Assembly: GCF_031769215.1 (NCBI RefSeq) | Contig: NW_026781987.1 | Coordinates: 62,001-126,000, forward strand | DNA: 64,000 nucleotides | Direction: 5' to 3' | DNA from: Ylistrum balloti | Taxonomy: Eukaryota | Part shown: positions 38,701 through 52,400 of the stretch, in pieces | How the letters are laid out: every line of letters starts with the position of its first letter | Position numbering within the stretch: position 1 is the stretch's first letter | The notes under the pieces: model-generated | Told to the model about the DNA's origin: nothing | Databases searched by the model: none | The model's input: only the letters and a program-made list of their open reading frames with translations | Made by a program: the position numbers and the translations under genes

Positions 38701-41700
38701 AACTGTGCTTTTGGTCATAATTCTAAGAATGTGGGCAACATCATTATAACCAAAATATTTTCTATATGTTCCAAATGGATAGACATAATAACCGACAGAA
38801 TCATCAGTCCAAGGACATGAATCTCGTCAACTGTACAAACCACTGTGTTTAGGTTATAGTTTTTTATGGAAGAAGACTGACGTATCTAATATCGTCAATT
38901 CAGCTTTACTTTCATGTCTGAAAATAATTATAAACACAATAATGTTATTTTATTTTCAAGCCACAACCATCAATGTCTGAGTTTTTATTTCTCAGGTGAT
39001 TCTGCTGACTGATCCACCTGTCTTTGGTTCCTGCTGGGAATAGATTGACTGCTTTGATGAGGAACTGGACTTCCTCTTCCTTCCATTCCTTTACTCGGCT
39101 ATGGGAGTTTTCACCAGATGCCTGGCGATGAACAGCCTCCAACTGTGCTCTCTTCTCCTCCTCCAACTTCTTGTTAAGTTCATCTACCTGTATCAGGAAC
39201 CATTTACTGTTTATAATCGTAAAACACATCAGAATCATTCGTTCAATGACTTATTTATCATTGATGATAATTCAACGGACAAATGAACGACAATTTTTTA
39301 AAGAATTTTCATATTCACAAACTTCACACTATTATGAATTGATAACTTTGTTATATATGGTTTTAAGATACCAATCACATGACATGGTTTTAAGATATAA
39401 GTAACTTGGTATGGTTGTAAAATATTAGTCGGTTGGAACAGTTGTAAGATATCTGTAACTTGAAACAGTATAGATACTGACCTACTTGTAGATAAACTGA
39501 CCCACTGGCAAATATACACTGGCAGATATAGTGACCTACTGGCTAATCTACTGACCTACTGGCAGATATACTGGCCTACTGGCTAATCTACTGACCTACT
39601 GGTAGATATACTGGCCTACTGGCAGATATACTGACCTAATGGTAGATATACTGGCCTACTGGTAGATATACTGGCCTACTGGCAGATATAGTGGCCTACT
39701 GGCTAATCTACTGACCTACTGGCAGATATACTGGCCTACTGGCTAATCTACTGACCTACTGGCAGATTTACTGGCCTACTGGCTAATCTACTGGCCTACT
39801 GGTAGATATACTGACCTACTGACAGATATACTGACCAATATACTGACCTACTGGCCGATATACTGACCTAATGGTACATATACTGGCCTACTGGCAGATA
39901 TACTGACCTAATGGTAGATATACTGACCTACTGGTAGATATACTGACCTAATGGTAGATATACTGACCTACTGGTAGATATACTGACCTAATGGTAGATA
40001 TACTGGCCTGCTGGCTAATCTACTGACCTAATGGTAGATATACTGGCCTGCTGGCTAATCTACTGACCTACTAGCAGATATACTGGCCTACTGGCTAATC
40101 TACTGACCTAATGGTAGATATACTGACCTACTGGCAGATTATACTGACCTAATGGTATATATACTGCCTACTGGTAGATATACTGGCCTACTGGTAGATA
40201 TACTGGCCTACTGGTAGATATACTGGCCTACTGGCAGATATACTGACCTACTGGCCGATATACTGACCTAATGGTAAATATACTGACCTACTGGTAGATA
40301 TAGTGACCTACTGGTAGATATACTGACCTAATGGTAGATATACTGGCCTACTGGTAGATATACTGACCTAATGGTAGATATAGTGACCTACTGGTAGATA
40401 TACTGACCTACTGGCAGATATACTGACCTAATGGTATATATACTGCCTACTGGTAGATATACTGGCCTACTGGCAGATATACTGGCCTACTGGTAGATAT
40501 ACTGGCCTACTGGCAGATATACTGACCTACTGGCCGATATACTGACCTAATGGTAAATATACTGACCTACTGGTAGATATAGTGACCTACTGGTAGATAT
40601 ACTGACCTAATGGTAGATATACTGGCCTACTGGTAGATATACTGACCTAATGGTAGATATAGTGACCTACTGGTAGATATACTGGCCTACTGGCAGATAT
40701 ACTGACCTAATGGTAGATATAGTGACCTACTGGTAGATATACTGACCTACTGGCAGATATACTGACCTAATGGTAGATATACTGGCCTGCTGGCTAATCT
40801 ACTGACCTACTGGTACATATACTGGCCTACTGGCAGATATACTGACCTACTGGCCGATATACTGACCTAATGGTAGATATACTGACCTACTGGTAGATAT
40901 ACTGACCTAATGGTGTATATGACCTACTGGTAGATATACACCTAATGGTAGATATAGTGTATATACACACAGGTTATTTACCACCTGACTGTAGGAATTA
41001 AGGTGTATATAAACATGCTGTCTTGGCCTTGTCCTTGTCCCCAGAACTCAAATCTTCATTAAGACCTTGTAACCTGTTGATATGTATAATGTGATGTATA
41101 TAAACACAGGTTACTCCACAGCCTGACTGTAGGAATTAAGGTGTATATAAACACAGGTTACTCCACAGCCTGACTGTAGGAATTAAGGTGTATATAAACA
41201 CAGGTTACTCCACAGCCTGACTGTAGGAATTAAGGTGTATATAAACACAGGTTACTCCACAGCCTGACTGTAGGAATTAAGGTGTATATAAACACAGGTT
41301 ACTCCACAGCCTGACTGTAGGAATTAAGGTGTATATAAACACAGGTTACTCCACAGCCTGACTGTAGGAATTAAGGTGTATATAAACACAGGTTACTCCA
41401 CAGTCTGACTAGGAATTAAGGTGTATATAAACACAGGTTACTCCACAGTCTGACTGTAGGAATCAAGGTGTATATAAACACAGGTTTCTCCACAGCCTGA
41501 CTGTAGGAATTAAGGTGTATATAAACACAGGTTTCTCCACAGCCTGACTGTAGGAATTACGAAAAACTTATTGAACTTAATTATAGACTACATCATAGTA
41601 AAATTTGCATTCATTTGGAAAATGAATAATCAAATACAGGATAATTTCAGTAAGACATGAATACTTATGCTCCCATGCAAACCCAAATCTGATCAGGTGT

Positions 41701-44700
41701 AGATATGTTACTCAGGGTGAATATAAATGGGATGTAAGGATGGGACGGACAGACACAGGTAAAACTATGCCTCAGCCTCCTACCGTATGATATAGAGGGA
41801 TATGAACAACTTAACATTTCCAGAAATTCAGGGTACGGAAGGGGACATTTTGAGAGTAAAAGATCATAATCAATTGACTTTATGATGCTATAGTTTGGAT
41901 GTTGACAAATAACAGCATAAAAGCCTTACTTTTACAAAACATCTGGTCCATTGTGCCTGTGTTGTTCATCCATGATTCAAATGCATTTCATAACTGTGAC
42001 CTAAATTTCAGATCTTGATCAAACTTTACACTAAATTAGCATGCTAACACTCCAGACTAAATCCATTATATCATTTCTGTTTTTAGAATAATATTCAAAT
42101 TTCTTAGAAAGTGACAAATAAAAATTTTAAACATGGTGACTGCTCCTACTTTTGTTTTGATTTTTGTTCATATTTTTTCAATTCAAGCTAGATGTATAGT
42201 GTAGAACCTTTGATAATATCAGACTAAGCGAAAGACTTTCATCCCGTTGCGGTAGATTTTCCGTACATAAGACATCATTATAGATTGTAAATTCATACTT
42301 GGTCAAAGACAAGAGATCTGCTAGTCGATCAACATCGGCCATGTTGGATACTCTTTCCTGTTCTGATGTAGCAAAATAGTCCATGTCCTGAAAAACCAAC
42401 AAAAAAGTTTAAGTAAATAGAACATCCATGTCCTGAAAAACCAACAGAAAAGTTTAAGTAAACAGTACATCCATGTCCTGAAAGACCAACAGAAAAGTTT
42501 AAGTAAACAGTACATCCATGTCCTGAAACACCAACAGAAAAGTTTAAGTAAACAGTACATCCATGTCCTGAAAGACTAACAGAAAAGTTTAAGTAAACAG
42601 TACATCCATGTCCTGAAAGACCAACAGAAAAGTTTAAGTAAACAAAAGTTTAAGTAAACAGTACATCCATGTCCTGAAAGACCAACAGAAAAGTTTAAGT
42701 CAACAGTACATCCATGTCCTAAAAGACCAACAGAAAAGTTTAAGTAAACAGTACATCCATGTCCTGAAAGACCAACAGAAAAGTTTAAGTAAACAGTACA
42801 AAAATAAAACTTTAATTTCAATAAAAACAAAAATAAACGTCAGTCATTTTTACATAAAGTGCACTATATAGGTATTTCTTCCATTAAAGTACCAAAGTAC
42901 CGGACTAAATATAACTCCAGATATAATGGTTTCCATGGTAATGATAGCCATTTTTAATCCTAAAACTTTAAAGTTGATATACAGAATTGAAGTATCAGTT
43001 TTCAGGGTATATTCATTTTTGTTGATTTCTTGGGTACTTTTGTATCCACGAAATTCCTAAATCAAGGAATTAATTAACTGTCAAGATTAGAAGATTCTTC
43101 TCACACATCAATGGCTTGAAAACCATGAATAACTTATCAAAAATCATATCAGAGACAGAGAAATTATACAAGTTTGATACAGAGAGACTTTTCAGGCATC
43201 AAACTCATACAATACTTACTTTTACAGAGGTACGCAAGGCTTTCCTTTCCTTTTTCAAGATTTTTTTCTGTGCCTCCTTTTCTTTTTTCGCTGCTGCAGC
43301 CTAAGAACAAAATTGTCATATTAGTCTACCTAGGTCTATGTGACAATAAGACTTGTTTACACTCTGTGTCCAACATGACTTGGTTATCACAATCTACACA
43401 GGTCTCTGTGACAATAAGACTTGTTTACACTCTGTGTCCAACATGACTTGGTTATCTCACTGTACCTAGGTCTATGTGACAATAAGACTTGTTTACACTC
43501 TGTGTCCAACATGACTTGGTTATCTCACTGTACCTAGGTCTATGTGACAATAAGACTTGTTTACACTCTGTGTCCAACATGACTTGGTTATCTCACTGTA
43601 CCTAGGTCTATGTGACAATAAGACTTGTTTACACTCTGTGTCCAACATGACTTGGTTATCTCACTGTACCTAGGTCTATGTGACAATAAGACTTGTTTAC
43701 ACTCTGTGTCCAACATGACTTGGTTATCTCACTGTACCTAGGTCTATGTGACAATAAGACTTGTTTACATTCTGTGTCCAACGTGACTTGGTTATCTCAC
43801 TGTACCTAGGTCTATGTGACAATAAGACTTGTTTACACTCTGTGTCCAACATGACTTGGTTATCTCACTGTACCTAGGTCTATGTGACAATAAGACTTGT
43901 TTACACTCTGTGTCCAACATGACTTGGTTATCACAATCTACACGGGTCTATGTGACAATAAGACTTGTTGTTTACACTCTGTGTCCAACATGACTTGGTT
44001 ATCTCACTGTACCTAGGTCTATGTGATGATAAGACTTAATGTTAACACTCTGTGTCCAACATGACTTGGTTATCTCACTGTACCTAGGTCTATGTGACAA
44101 TAAGACACAGTATTTACACTCAGTGTCCAACATGACTTGGTTATCTCACTGTACCTAGGTCTATGTGACAATAAGACTTGTTTACATTCTGTGTCCAACG
44201 TGACTTGGTTATCTCACTGTACCTAGGTCTATGTGACAATAAGACTTGTTTACATTCTGTGTCCAACATGACTTGGTTATCTCACTGTACCTAGGTCTAT
44301 GTGATGATAAGACTTGGTGTTAACACTCTGTGTCCAACATGACTTGGTTATCACAATCTACACAGGTCTCTGTGACAATAAGACTTGGTGTTAACACTCT
44401 GTGTCCAACATGACTTGGTTATCTCACTGTACCTAGGTCTATGTGATGATAAGACTTGTTAACACTCTGTGTCCAACATGACTTAGTTATCACACTGTAC
44501 CTAGGTCTATGTGACAATAAGACTTGGTATTTACACTCTGTGTCCAACATGACTTAGTTATCTCACTGTACCTAGGTCTATGTGACAATAAGACTTGGTG
44601 TTAACACTGTGTCCAACATGACTTAGTTATCTCACTGTACCTAGGTCTATGTGACAATAAGACTTGGTGTTAACACTCTGTGTCCAACATGACTTAGTTA

Positions 44701-47700
44701 CCTCACTGTACCTAGGTCTATGTGACAATAAGACTTGGTGTTAACACTCTGTGTCCAACATGACTTAGTTATCTCACTGTACCTAGGTCTATGTGAGAAT
44801 AAGACTTGGTGTTAACACTCTGTGTCCAACATGACTTAGTTATCTCACTGTACCTAGGTCTATGTGACAATAACACTTGGTATTTACACTCTGTGTCCAA
44901 CATGACTTAGTTATCTCACTGTACCTAGGTCTATGTGATGATAAGACTTGGTGTTAACACTCTGTGTCCAACATGACTTGGTTATCACAATCTACACAGG
45001 TCTCTGTGACAATAAGACTTGGTGTTAACACTCTGTGTCCAACATGACTTAGTTATCACACTGTACCTAGGTCTATGTGACAATAACACTTGGTATTTAC
45101 ACTCTGTGTCCAACATGACTTAGTTATCACACTGTACCTAGGTCTATGTGACAATAACACTTGGTATTTACACTCTGTGTCCAACATGACTTAGTTATCT
45201 CACTGTACCTAGGTCTATGTGACAATAACACTTGGTATTTACACTCTGTGTCCAACATGACTTAGTTATCACACTGTACCTAGGTCTATGTGACAATAAG
45301 ACTTGGTGTTTACACTCTGTGTCCAACATGACTTAGTTATCTCACTGTACCTAGGTCTATGTGACAATAACACTTGGTGTTAACACTCTGTGTCCAACAT
45401 GACCTGGTTATCTCACTGTACCTAGGTCTATGTGACAATAAGACTTGGTGTTTACACTCTGTGTCCAACATGACTTAGTTATCTCACTGTACCTAGGTTT
45501 ATGTGACAATAACACTTGGTGTTAACACTCTGTGTCCAACATGACCTGGTTATCTCACTGTACCTAGGTCTATGTGACAATAAGACTTGGTGTTAACACT
45601 CTGTGTCCAACATGACTTAGTTATCTCACTGTACCTAGGTCTATGTGACAATAAGACTTGGTGTTAACACTCTGTGTCCAACATGACCTGGTTATCTCAC
45701 TGTACCTAGGTCTATGTGACAATAAGACTTGGTGTTAACACTCTGTGTCCAACATGACTTAGTTATCTCACTGTACCTAGGTCTATGTGACAATAACACT
45801 TGGTGTTAACACTCTGTGTCCAACATGACTTAGTTATCTCACTGTACCTAGGTCTATGTGACAATAAGACTTGGTGTTAACACTCTGTGTCCAACATGAC
45901 TTAGTTATCTCACTGTACCTAGGTCTATGTGACAATAAGACTTGGTGTTAACACTCTGTGTCCAACATGACTTAGTTATCTCACTGTACCTACAAAATGC
46001 TTTTGTTTTTACATCTTACCTGGGCTTTTGCCTCTTCCTCTTCTTTTTCCCTTTTTTTCCTTTCTTCCTCCAGTGCTTCCTGCTTTTTCTATTATAGAAA
46101 TGATAGTCAGTACATGTTCTAATTCACAATAAATATCCAAAATGATACTGTTACTTTATCAAATATTTATCAAAAAGGGTGATTAGACATTACACATCAA
46201 AAATAATTTGAATCCAAACTGATACTTAAGACACAGACTGGTCGTTATACTTTATAAATCACATTAAATGTTTAAATTAGTTCTGGTGCTTGAGATTAAT
46301 TATAACTACAAAAGAAATGTTCACCCTTTCTTCCTCTTCTGCTCTCTGTCGAGCAGCCTCCTGTTTAGCACGTTTCTGTGCTAATTTTTTCTCTTTTTCT
46401 TCATCTCTAAATTTTTGTATTCTTGGATCACAGGCATAGGCATTATCTGAAACCATAATTTGGTTTTATTTTCTAATGTTCATTATGCACTGTTGAAAAT
46501 ATCAAACGCTGATATCCAGTGAATAACAACAGTAAAATGTTAACTTTTTAATGTTAAATTAACGTCCCTATGAATACAGAGTGTGTGTTTCTAGGAAGCT
46601 CTAACAATGAAAGACATTAGGTAGATACTGTTTATCCATGCTCTCAGCCCCACTGTATCTTATTGTGAACAGTGAGATCGCATACATTAAATTCAAGATC
46701 AAACAAAATTACCTGCCCATAGCGGCCAAGTTCCTATAAAAATATGCGCAAATTATTAATTTTCTCAATCTTTAAACAAAGAAATAATTCAGTCAAAAGA
46801 ACTTAGAGAAATTTATAGAAATATTTTATTAAGTCAGACTAAAATATGATCTAGTCAACAGACCTACTAAAAGGCGTATTCGTGCACTCTCTTCCTTTTT
46901 TTTCTTTAGTCTTGCTGCTTTATTTTGTTTTTCTATCCATCGTCTTTCTTCACGACTGTAAAGTAAAGTTTTACACACATCACAGACCAACATGTTTTCA
47001 TATTCAAACTTCCAGCAAAAATAAATTTCTGAATCAGAATAATAAATTAAAAAATAAGTTTCAGGAAACATAAATAGTTTTTCAACATTGTCATAATACC
47101 ACATTTGAAAACATCAGAAAACTTACTTCTCTCCCTTTTCTTTTTCCTCTTCATCTAGATATGAATATTCTCGCCAGGAATCAAAATCATACCTTCAATA
47201 ATAAAATCACTTTTAATATTATGATTTAAAGGTAAATAGCTTATCTGTAAATCACATACAGATTCTGCACACAGTCTAGGTCTTCCTTCTATATGATACA
47301 GTGTTTCAATGGTAAATCATTTTCTACGGTAGAGAAATGAAATGTTTGGTCACAAAAGACCTTGACCCCTTGATATCCATTCCATATTTGATTACCTTAC
47401 ATGAGCAACAGATAAGGACATTTCAGACATTTCACACCAAAGCTGTTCACATTTATTTAATATTTCATAATCTATTCAAAAACAGACGAGATTTCATAAA
47501 AAAAACATTCATCATATAACTTGCTTTTCATTTCCTGTCATATGGTCATGACATAAATGTTGTAAGACACTCATATAAAATCCTGTATTTGTAGAGACAG
47601 GAGTGTTCTGTCTACAATTAGATTATATCAATCATACTACCTTATAAAAGCAGTCACATGTACCAAAGTTAACATATGTTCATATAGCAGACCATAGTAC

Positions 47701-50700
47701 TTATAAAGTAATGAGCTGATGCCTGGTAATAATTTGGTTGTTGAGAGTGAAAAAAATTCCAGTAATCTGTTGTACCAGATAGACTTACCAAAAGGAATAG
47801 AAATGGTTGACAGTGTCTATTGAATCATTATCATCTCCTAACATTGGAACTTTCTTCTTTTTACTATTATTCCATCTGTAACAGCAATAAAATCAAGTCA
47901 ATATATAAAAAGAGCTCCAACCTAAGTAGATACCGGTCACATTCCTAATTTTACTATATTTTCCTTTCCATTTGACTTTCTAAGTATCCAGGACTGCTAC
48001 CAGAAAATGTATAATCTCTTGCTGTTTTATCACTAATCTGTCATCATACAATTACCTTCTGACTTTAAATCATCCTAACTCATACAGGATCAGTTTTAAC
48101 TGTTTATCAATCACTGAACAGCAAGAATTTCACAGATTTTCAACCAAAAACCATCTCAGCAAATACAGAGAAATTCTTAAGGAAATTCTTATAATTTGTA
48201 ATGATTCCTTATCTGAGGCAGGTAATGTACAGTCAAAGTTGGCTCTTTTTTCAAAGTAGCTCAGTACAGCTGGTATATCAAAAATATTAACCCTGCAGCG
48301 ACATTTTTTTCTTTCATTTCCAAGAGCAATCTCAATTTCTTAAATGTTTAGGAAAAATAACAACTTGCCCTAGATCCATATATCTTCATACAATTTATTA
48401 TAACATTGTGTCCTGAAATACAACATCAGCTGATCTTGACACTGGATATCAGTCTTGTATACTGGATATGTCTGGTTTTAATAGCAACCAGCTAACTTAG
48501 GTTGTGAACAAAACAGTCTAGAGTGTTGTACCTTTCATGAAGGTAGCCACTGTAACACTCATAATTACAAATTAAAATAAAACTGTTTTTTCAACCTATA
48601 TACAAACCTTGCATTTCTTTCAAAAACTGGTCCAAATGAAGTAAAGAAGGAGTCTTTTGTCTGTTGATTATTGCTGGGTATACTATCATCAAATTCTGGA
48701 TCTACACTGTCATAGGATCGTCTCTTCGTCCGAGAGCCTAATACTTCATAGGCTGATACAGATTTAAACAAATGGTTATTTCATATTTTTTATTTCTTAT
48801 TTCAATCACCATTTGGGAACAAGGATATATATTGCTTATTACTTATTACTTTGTAAATCATGGAATTTTTCAGATCAACAATATAATCTTCTTGCTCTGA
48901 CTGATTCCAAAGAAAAGATCAAATATCATTAATGAATGACAGAAAATGTTATTAACCACATGTATGTAAATATTTTCATTATTTCTCAGATTAATAAATA
49001 CACTTCTCTTCTGGTTATCAGTCATTTTACTCATCCATCATGAATTCCTATTATCCACCCTAGTTTATAACAAGTTCATTAAGAAATGAACGTCAACTTA
49101 GTTATCATACATTTGTTTATCAACTTTTTATTGATATACAATTTATGACTTAATATACAGATTTATTTTACATTGTTTTTTTATAAGTTCCTAGATTACA
49201 CAGTTCTAGATGGTGAACCTCATACCTCGTGTTATACATGTAAAGTAGTCGTCATCGCCTTCACCTTTCACCACTACTCCCCGTGCACGTCGTTTGTCTG
49301 GGTGATGTTTTAACACTTTGTTTTTATCTACAACACAACATGACCATATTTAGATACTTTTTTCAGCTACAATTTTATCTATTAATCAATAAGAGAGATT
49401 ATCAAATATATTACCATCACTGCTGGTCATTTTGATAAAAAGGAACTTTTTCCTGAATACGATTGTAAGGAGCAAGTCAATTTTGGGAAAAACCATATTC
49501 CATGTAATAGTAACTGATATGAATATCCTGTACACCAAATTAAACTTCATTGACTAAATTATAAATCTAACTTTTCAATATTTAATTTACTTAATATGTA
49601 TAAATCAAAAGGAAACCATAACAATTGTGACAAATATTAAATTACAATAACTGTAATGATTGATTAATCTGAAATGTTGAATGGGTTTTTTTTAAGCTAA
49701 AATACTTTTTTATAGAGAATTATATCAAATATTTTTACAAAATATCAAAAATGTGAATGATCTTCTAGTGATCACTAACTACCAATATACTTACATGCTT
49801 TTTTAATCTGGTTTTCTGTAGCTTTGTATCTTAACTTTTTCAAACCTAAAACTGCATAATGGTCTTGACTCTGAAAGATGAAAAGAACGATTAAAATCAA
49901 ATATAATACATCTGATTGTTTTAATACATTATGATGAAATCATTTCTTTTCTGAAAAATGTCTTACACAATACAAAATAGCAAGGTCATAGTAAAGTATG
50001 CATTATGATAACAGAAGTCTAATATTAACATTTGTATGTGATAACAATCCAATGTTGTAATGAACTTTAGACTATGATCATGAGAGATAATTTTTCCTTG
50101 ATAACTACACTTACATCGTAAATAAATTAAAACTATAAGTTGACCACATTTTAAGAAAATCAAAAAACAATTAGACAGTCAATTAACCTTCCACTCCCTT
50201 GGGTCTAAGCCCAACAGAAGAGCATCATCTCCATCATCATCCATGCCCTCATCATCATCACTCTCGTCGGAGCTTGAGCTCTCTAGGGAGTGATGAGACA
50301 GAGAGTGTTTGTGACGTCGCCTTGCACAGAGTGCCTCATACCATCGACCAACTGGTTCTATCTGGAAGACTGTTGGAGCTAGAAAACAAAATACATAAAT
50401 AATGTAGAGATATTGCTCATGGTTACAGTCAATAGATAAACATGCCAATGATTCTGATCAAAGAAATTTTAGCTGAAAGTCAATTTACACTGATAATTTC
50501 ATTGAAATATCTTTTTTGTTAAGGGACTCTACAAAGCTCATTAACCATGACACTAGGCCTTCAATTAGGGGATAACAGATAACCCTACTGAAATTTGAAA
50601 TGTGCTGCAGGATTGTTCTGTGCTAATGTGCAATTTTGAGGTAGCCACCTGATAAGACTTTTCCCTTTAAAGCAGTACAAACAATGGTGTATAAAGAGAT

Positions 50701-51600
50701 GCATCAGTTAACTGTTGTCTGCACCGCGACCAGTGATTATTTCAAACTGTATCATACATAATACTGTCACAAACTCCAATTATTGGTTCATATTAATTAG
50801 TATATCATTTTCTCAACACTTACAACCCAAATACTCACAACACTTCTAAAATACACAAATGCTCTCAAACTACATATGCCATACATTCTTAACACGTAAA
50901 ATGAAATCTTACACAAACAGTTTAGTTACATTTTGAATACTAGGTATACGAATACAGAAATACTCTCAAAAAATCCATTACTGTGACACAAATATAATGC
51001 TACATCTCAAATGAAATAAGAATTGACATGTTAGTAGTCTGATATGGAGCAAATTAAATAAGTGATAACGCTGATATCCTCAAATTGATTGATATATTGA
51101 CTGATTGATGAGGCTCAACATCCTGGGCAGTAACATCCTTGTTCCAGTTAAATCTGGGCCTGTGACACAAATCTTGATATGCGTTTATCAAAACTGTTTC
51201 TAAATAAATACATATTTCAGGACAATGGTTTGATAGTTCTCTTATGACTGGGTGATACTAGGAAGAAAAAACACTTCTGGGTTAATTCTAATTCGCACCA
51301 TTTAAAATATTTTATCGTTTTAATTCATTTATATTTATCATTATTTTGAGAGATGTTATCGATTTCATTTAACTATTCGCGTTTGATCTTATTTCATAAC
51401 ATTCGATGTTTAAGCATCATTCAATTAACGTGTCTAATTTGTCAGAAACAAGACGTCCACGGTTATAATTGTTAGAATGTCGGAATATTGTAAAACAACG
51501 AGAGGGAAACTAGAAGCCGGTATCGAAGAGATATTTGTTTACCAGTTATCTTCCCCAGAAGTTCTGTCGTCTGGCCTTCAGTGGCCTCCGGCAGAATCAT
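32763..51600 (-). CDS. DNAJC2: DnaJ homolog subfamily C member 2 (MPP11/ZRF1, zuotin family): J domain, zuotin homology region, two SANT domains
   Basis: Coding exons (5'->3'): 51600-51543, 50378-50188, 49870-49795, 49327-49226, 48752-48608, 47875-47789, 47192-47127, 46955-46864, 46446-46325, 46088-46020, 43300-43220, 42387-42299, 41073-~41015 (3' end unresolved), 39187-39018, 38385-38288, 38007-37888, 36119-35941, 32825-32763 (TGA). Peptides: [36 protein letters not shown] (HPD intact), [103 protein letters not shown]. All junctions are phase-consistent except exon 13/14. Confidence 0.95.
32982..34910. repeat. 41/42-bp minisatellite (CCAGTCCTAGCCAGACGATGACTAAACTACACACAAACCGA)n, ~46 copies, DNAJC2 last intron
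   Basis: Visible tandem array with interspersed variants (ATACCAAAAACAC, CAAAATGA) and a few internal deletions. Confidence 0.97.
35100..35915. repeat. 20-bp minisatellite (TACTAAAATGAGAATGA(T/A)GA)n, ~40 copies, DNAJC2 last intron
   Basis: Visible tandem array ending ~25 nt from the exon-17 donor. Confidence 0.97.
36845..37708. mobile_element. Decayed MITE / Tc1-mariner-type non-autonomous element with TA ends, DNAJC2 intron 16
   Basis: Imperfect terminal inverted repeats TACAGTTGAAAACTCAT (36845) and ATGAGTTTTAACTCTA (ends 37708); subterminal ...CAGTCCCTT... motifs near both ends. Confidence 0.55.
39520..40945. repeat. 20-bp minisatellite (CTGG(C/T)AGATATACTG(G/A)CCTA)n, ~70 copies, DNAJC2 intron 13
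   Basis: Visible tandem array with several interleaved variants. Confidence 0.97.
40962..41559. repeat. 47-bp minisatellite (GTGTATATAAACACAGGTTACTCCACAGCCTGACTGTAGGAATTAAG)n: ~10 copies at 41097-41559 plus one displaced copy at 40962-41013 on the other side of DNAJC2 exon 13
   Basis: Visible array; the exon-13 coding sequence (41073-41015) is sandwiched between copies. Confidence 0.93.
42374..42799. repeat. 45-bp minisatellite that includes the DNAJC2 exon-12 acceptor and first 8 exonic nt, ~9 copies
   Basis: On -, the unit reads TACTTAAACTTTTCTGTTGGTCTTTCAG|GACATGGATGTACTGTT; the true junction is TTGGTTTTTCAG|GACATGGACTAT at 42387. Confidence 0.96.
43325..45993. repeat. 68-71-bp minisatellite (TCTCACTGTACCTAGGTCTATGTGACAATAAGACTTG...ACACTCTGTGTCCAACATGACTT(G/A)GTTA)n, ~38 copies, filling almost all of DNAJC2 intron 10
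   Basis: Visible tandem array; only ~25 nt of unique sequence remains at each intron end. Confidence 0.97.
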
Positions 51601-51649
51601 TTCAAAGTAGAATTTCTTCCTCAGGTATGTATGATAGTCACTGTTGTCA

Positions 51650-52400
51650 CAAAAAATCTGTGAAACTTCTTACTACTTCGCACATGTGTTTCTGTTGAGA
51701 CACTACAGATATTACTCTACACGCTCGTGAGCACTTGTTAAATAGCTCACGTACCGAACCGGCGAATATATCTGGACGTCACAAAAAATTGCGGGCTGAA
51801 GTTGATCCTTCAGTCGCCAGTTTGAACACTTTCATATACATATACTCAACAGGCAAGGAATCTGGCGATATTTATCATTTAATGGAAGGGAAGCAGCTTA
51901 CAAAATGCTTACGACGAAATGTAATTTGAATACGTACTCTCCGAGGCAAAAATGGAAATCGGAATTTTTCGGAATACCATAGCTAGACCATTCACTTTTG
52001 ATAAAGAAAACAATTTATCATCAAATGCCTTATGGCAGTTAATAACACTGTCGTGTTAATTGGTCTGGAGGGGGACATTTCGAGATGGCGGCGTGTAAAC
52101 AACCGAATGGCTATACGTACTGGATCTCAATATATTTCATTCTGTGTTTTGGAGACATTTTTTGACAATTTTCATCAAATAATTACAGCACTGTCGTTAA
52201 GGTTTAATAAATCAACTAAGAAAAATACACAACAGAATCACGGTAAAGGAAGTACACCGCCGCGAACGACCGTCGTACCACGAATTCGGATATGTCCAAG
52301 TTCGTGGTTACACATTTGCATATAGATAAAGGCAAGTATTCAAACCGGAAAAGTGGTTTGTTTCCGACAACGAAGTGGCGCCTTTCCCGAAAACTGATAT
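51650..52400. promoter_or_regulatory. Putative DNAJC2 promoter / CpG-rich region
   Basis: CpG-rich segment directly upstream of the DNAJC2 ATG (51600), with YY1-type AGATGGCGGC near 52083 and CRE-like GACGTCA near 51775. TSS not determined. Confidence 0.5.

Noticed and set aside
40990-41015. U12 (AT-AC) or GC-AG intron as the explanation for the DNAJC2 exon-13 junction
   Set aside because: ATATACAC does not match the RTATCCTT 5' consensus, no AC acceptor gives the right frame, and AAG|GCCAAG lacks the GC-donor consensus.
46583-46690. Intronic H/ACA snoRNA candidate on - (hairpin, AGAGCA, ...ACA)
   Set aside because: The 5' hairpin is only ~30 nt with no room for a pseudouridylation pocket, and the 3' hairpin pairs poorly. 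An Infernal/snoReport scan would be needed to revive it.
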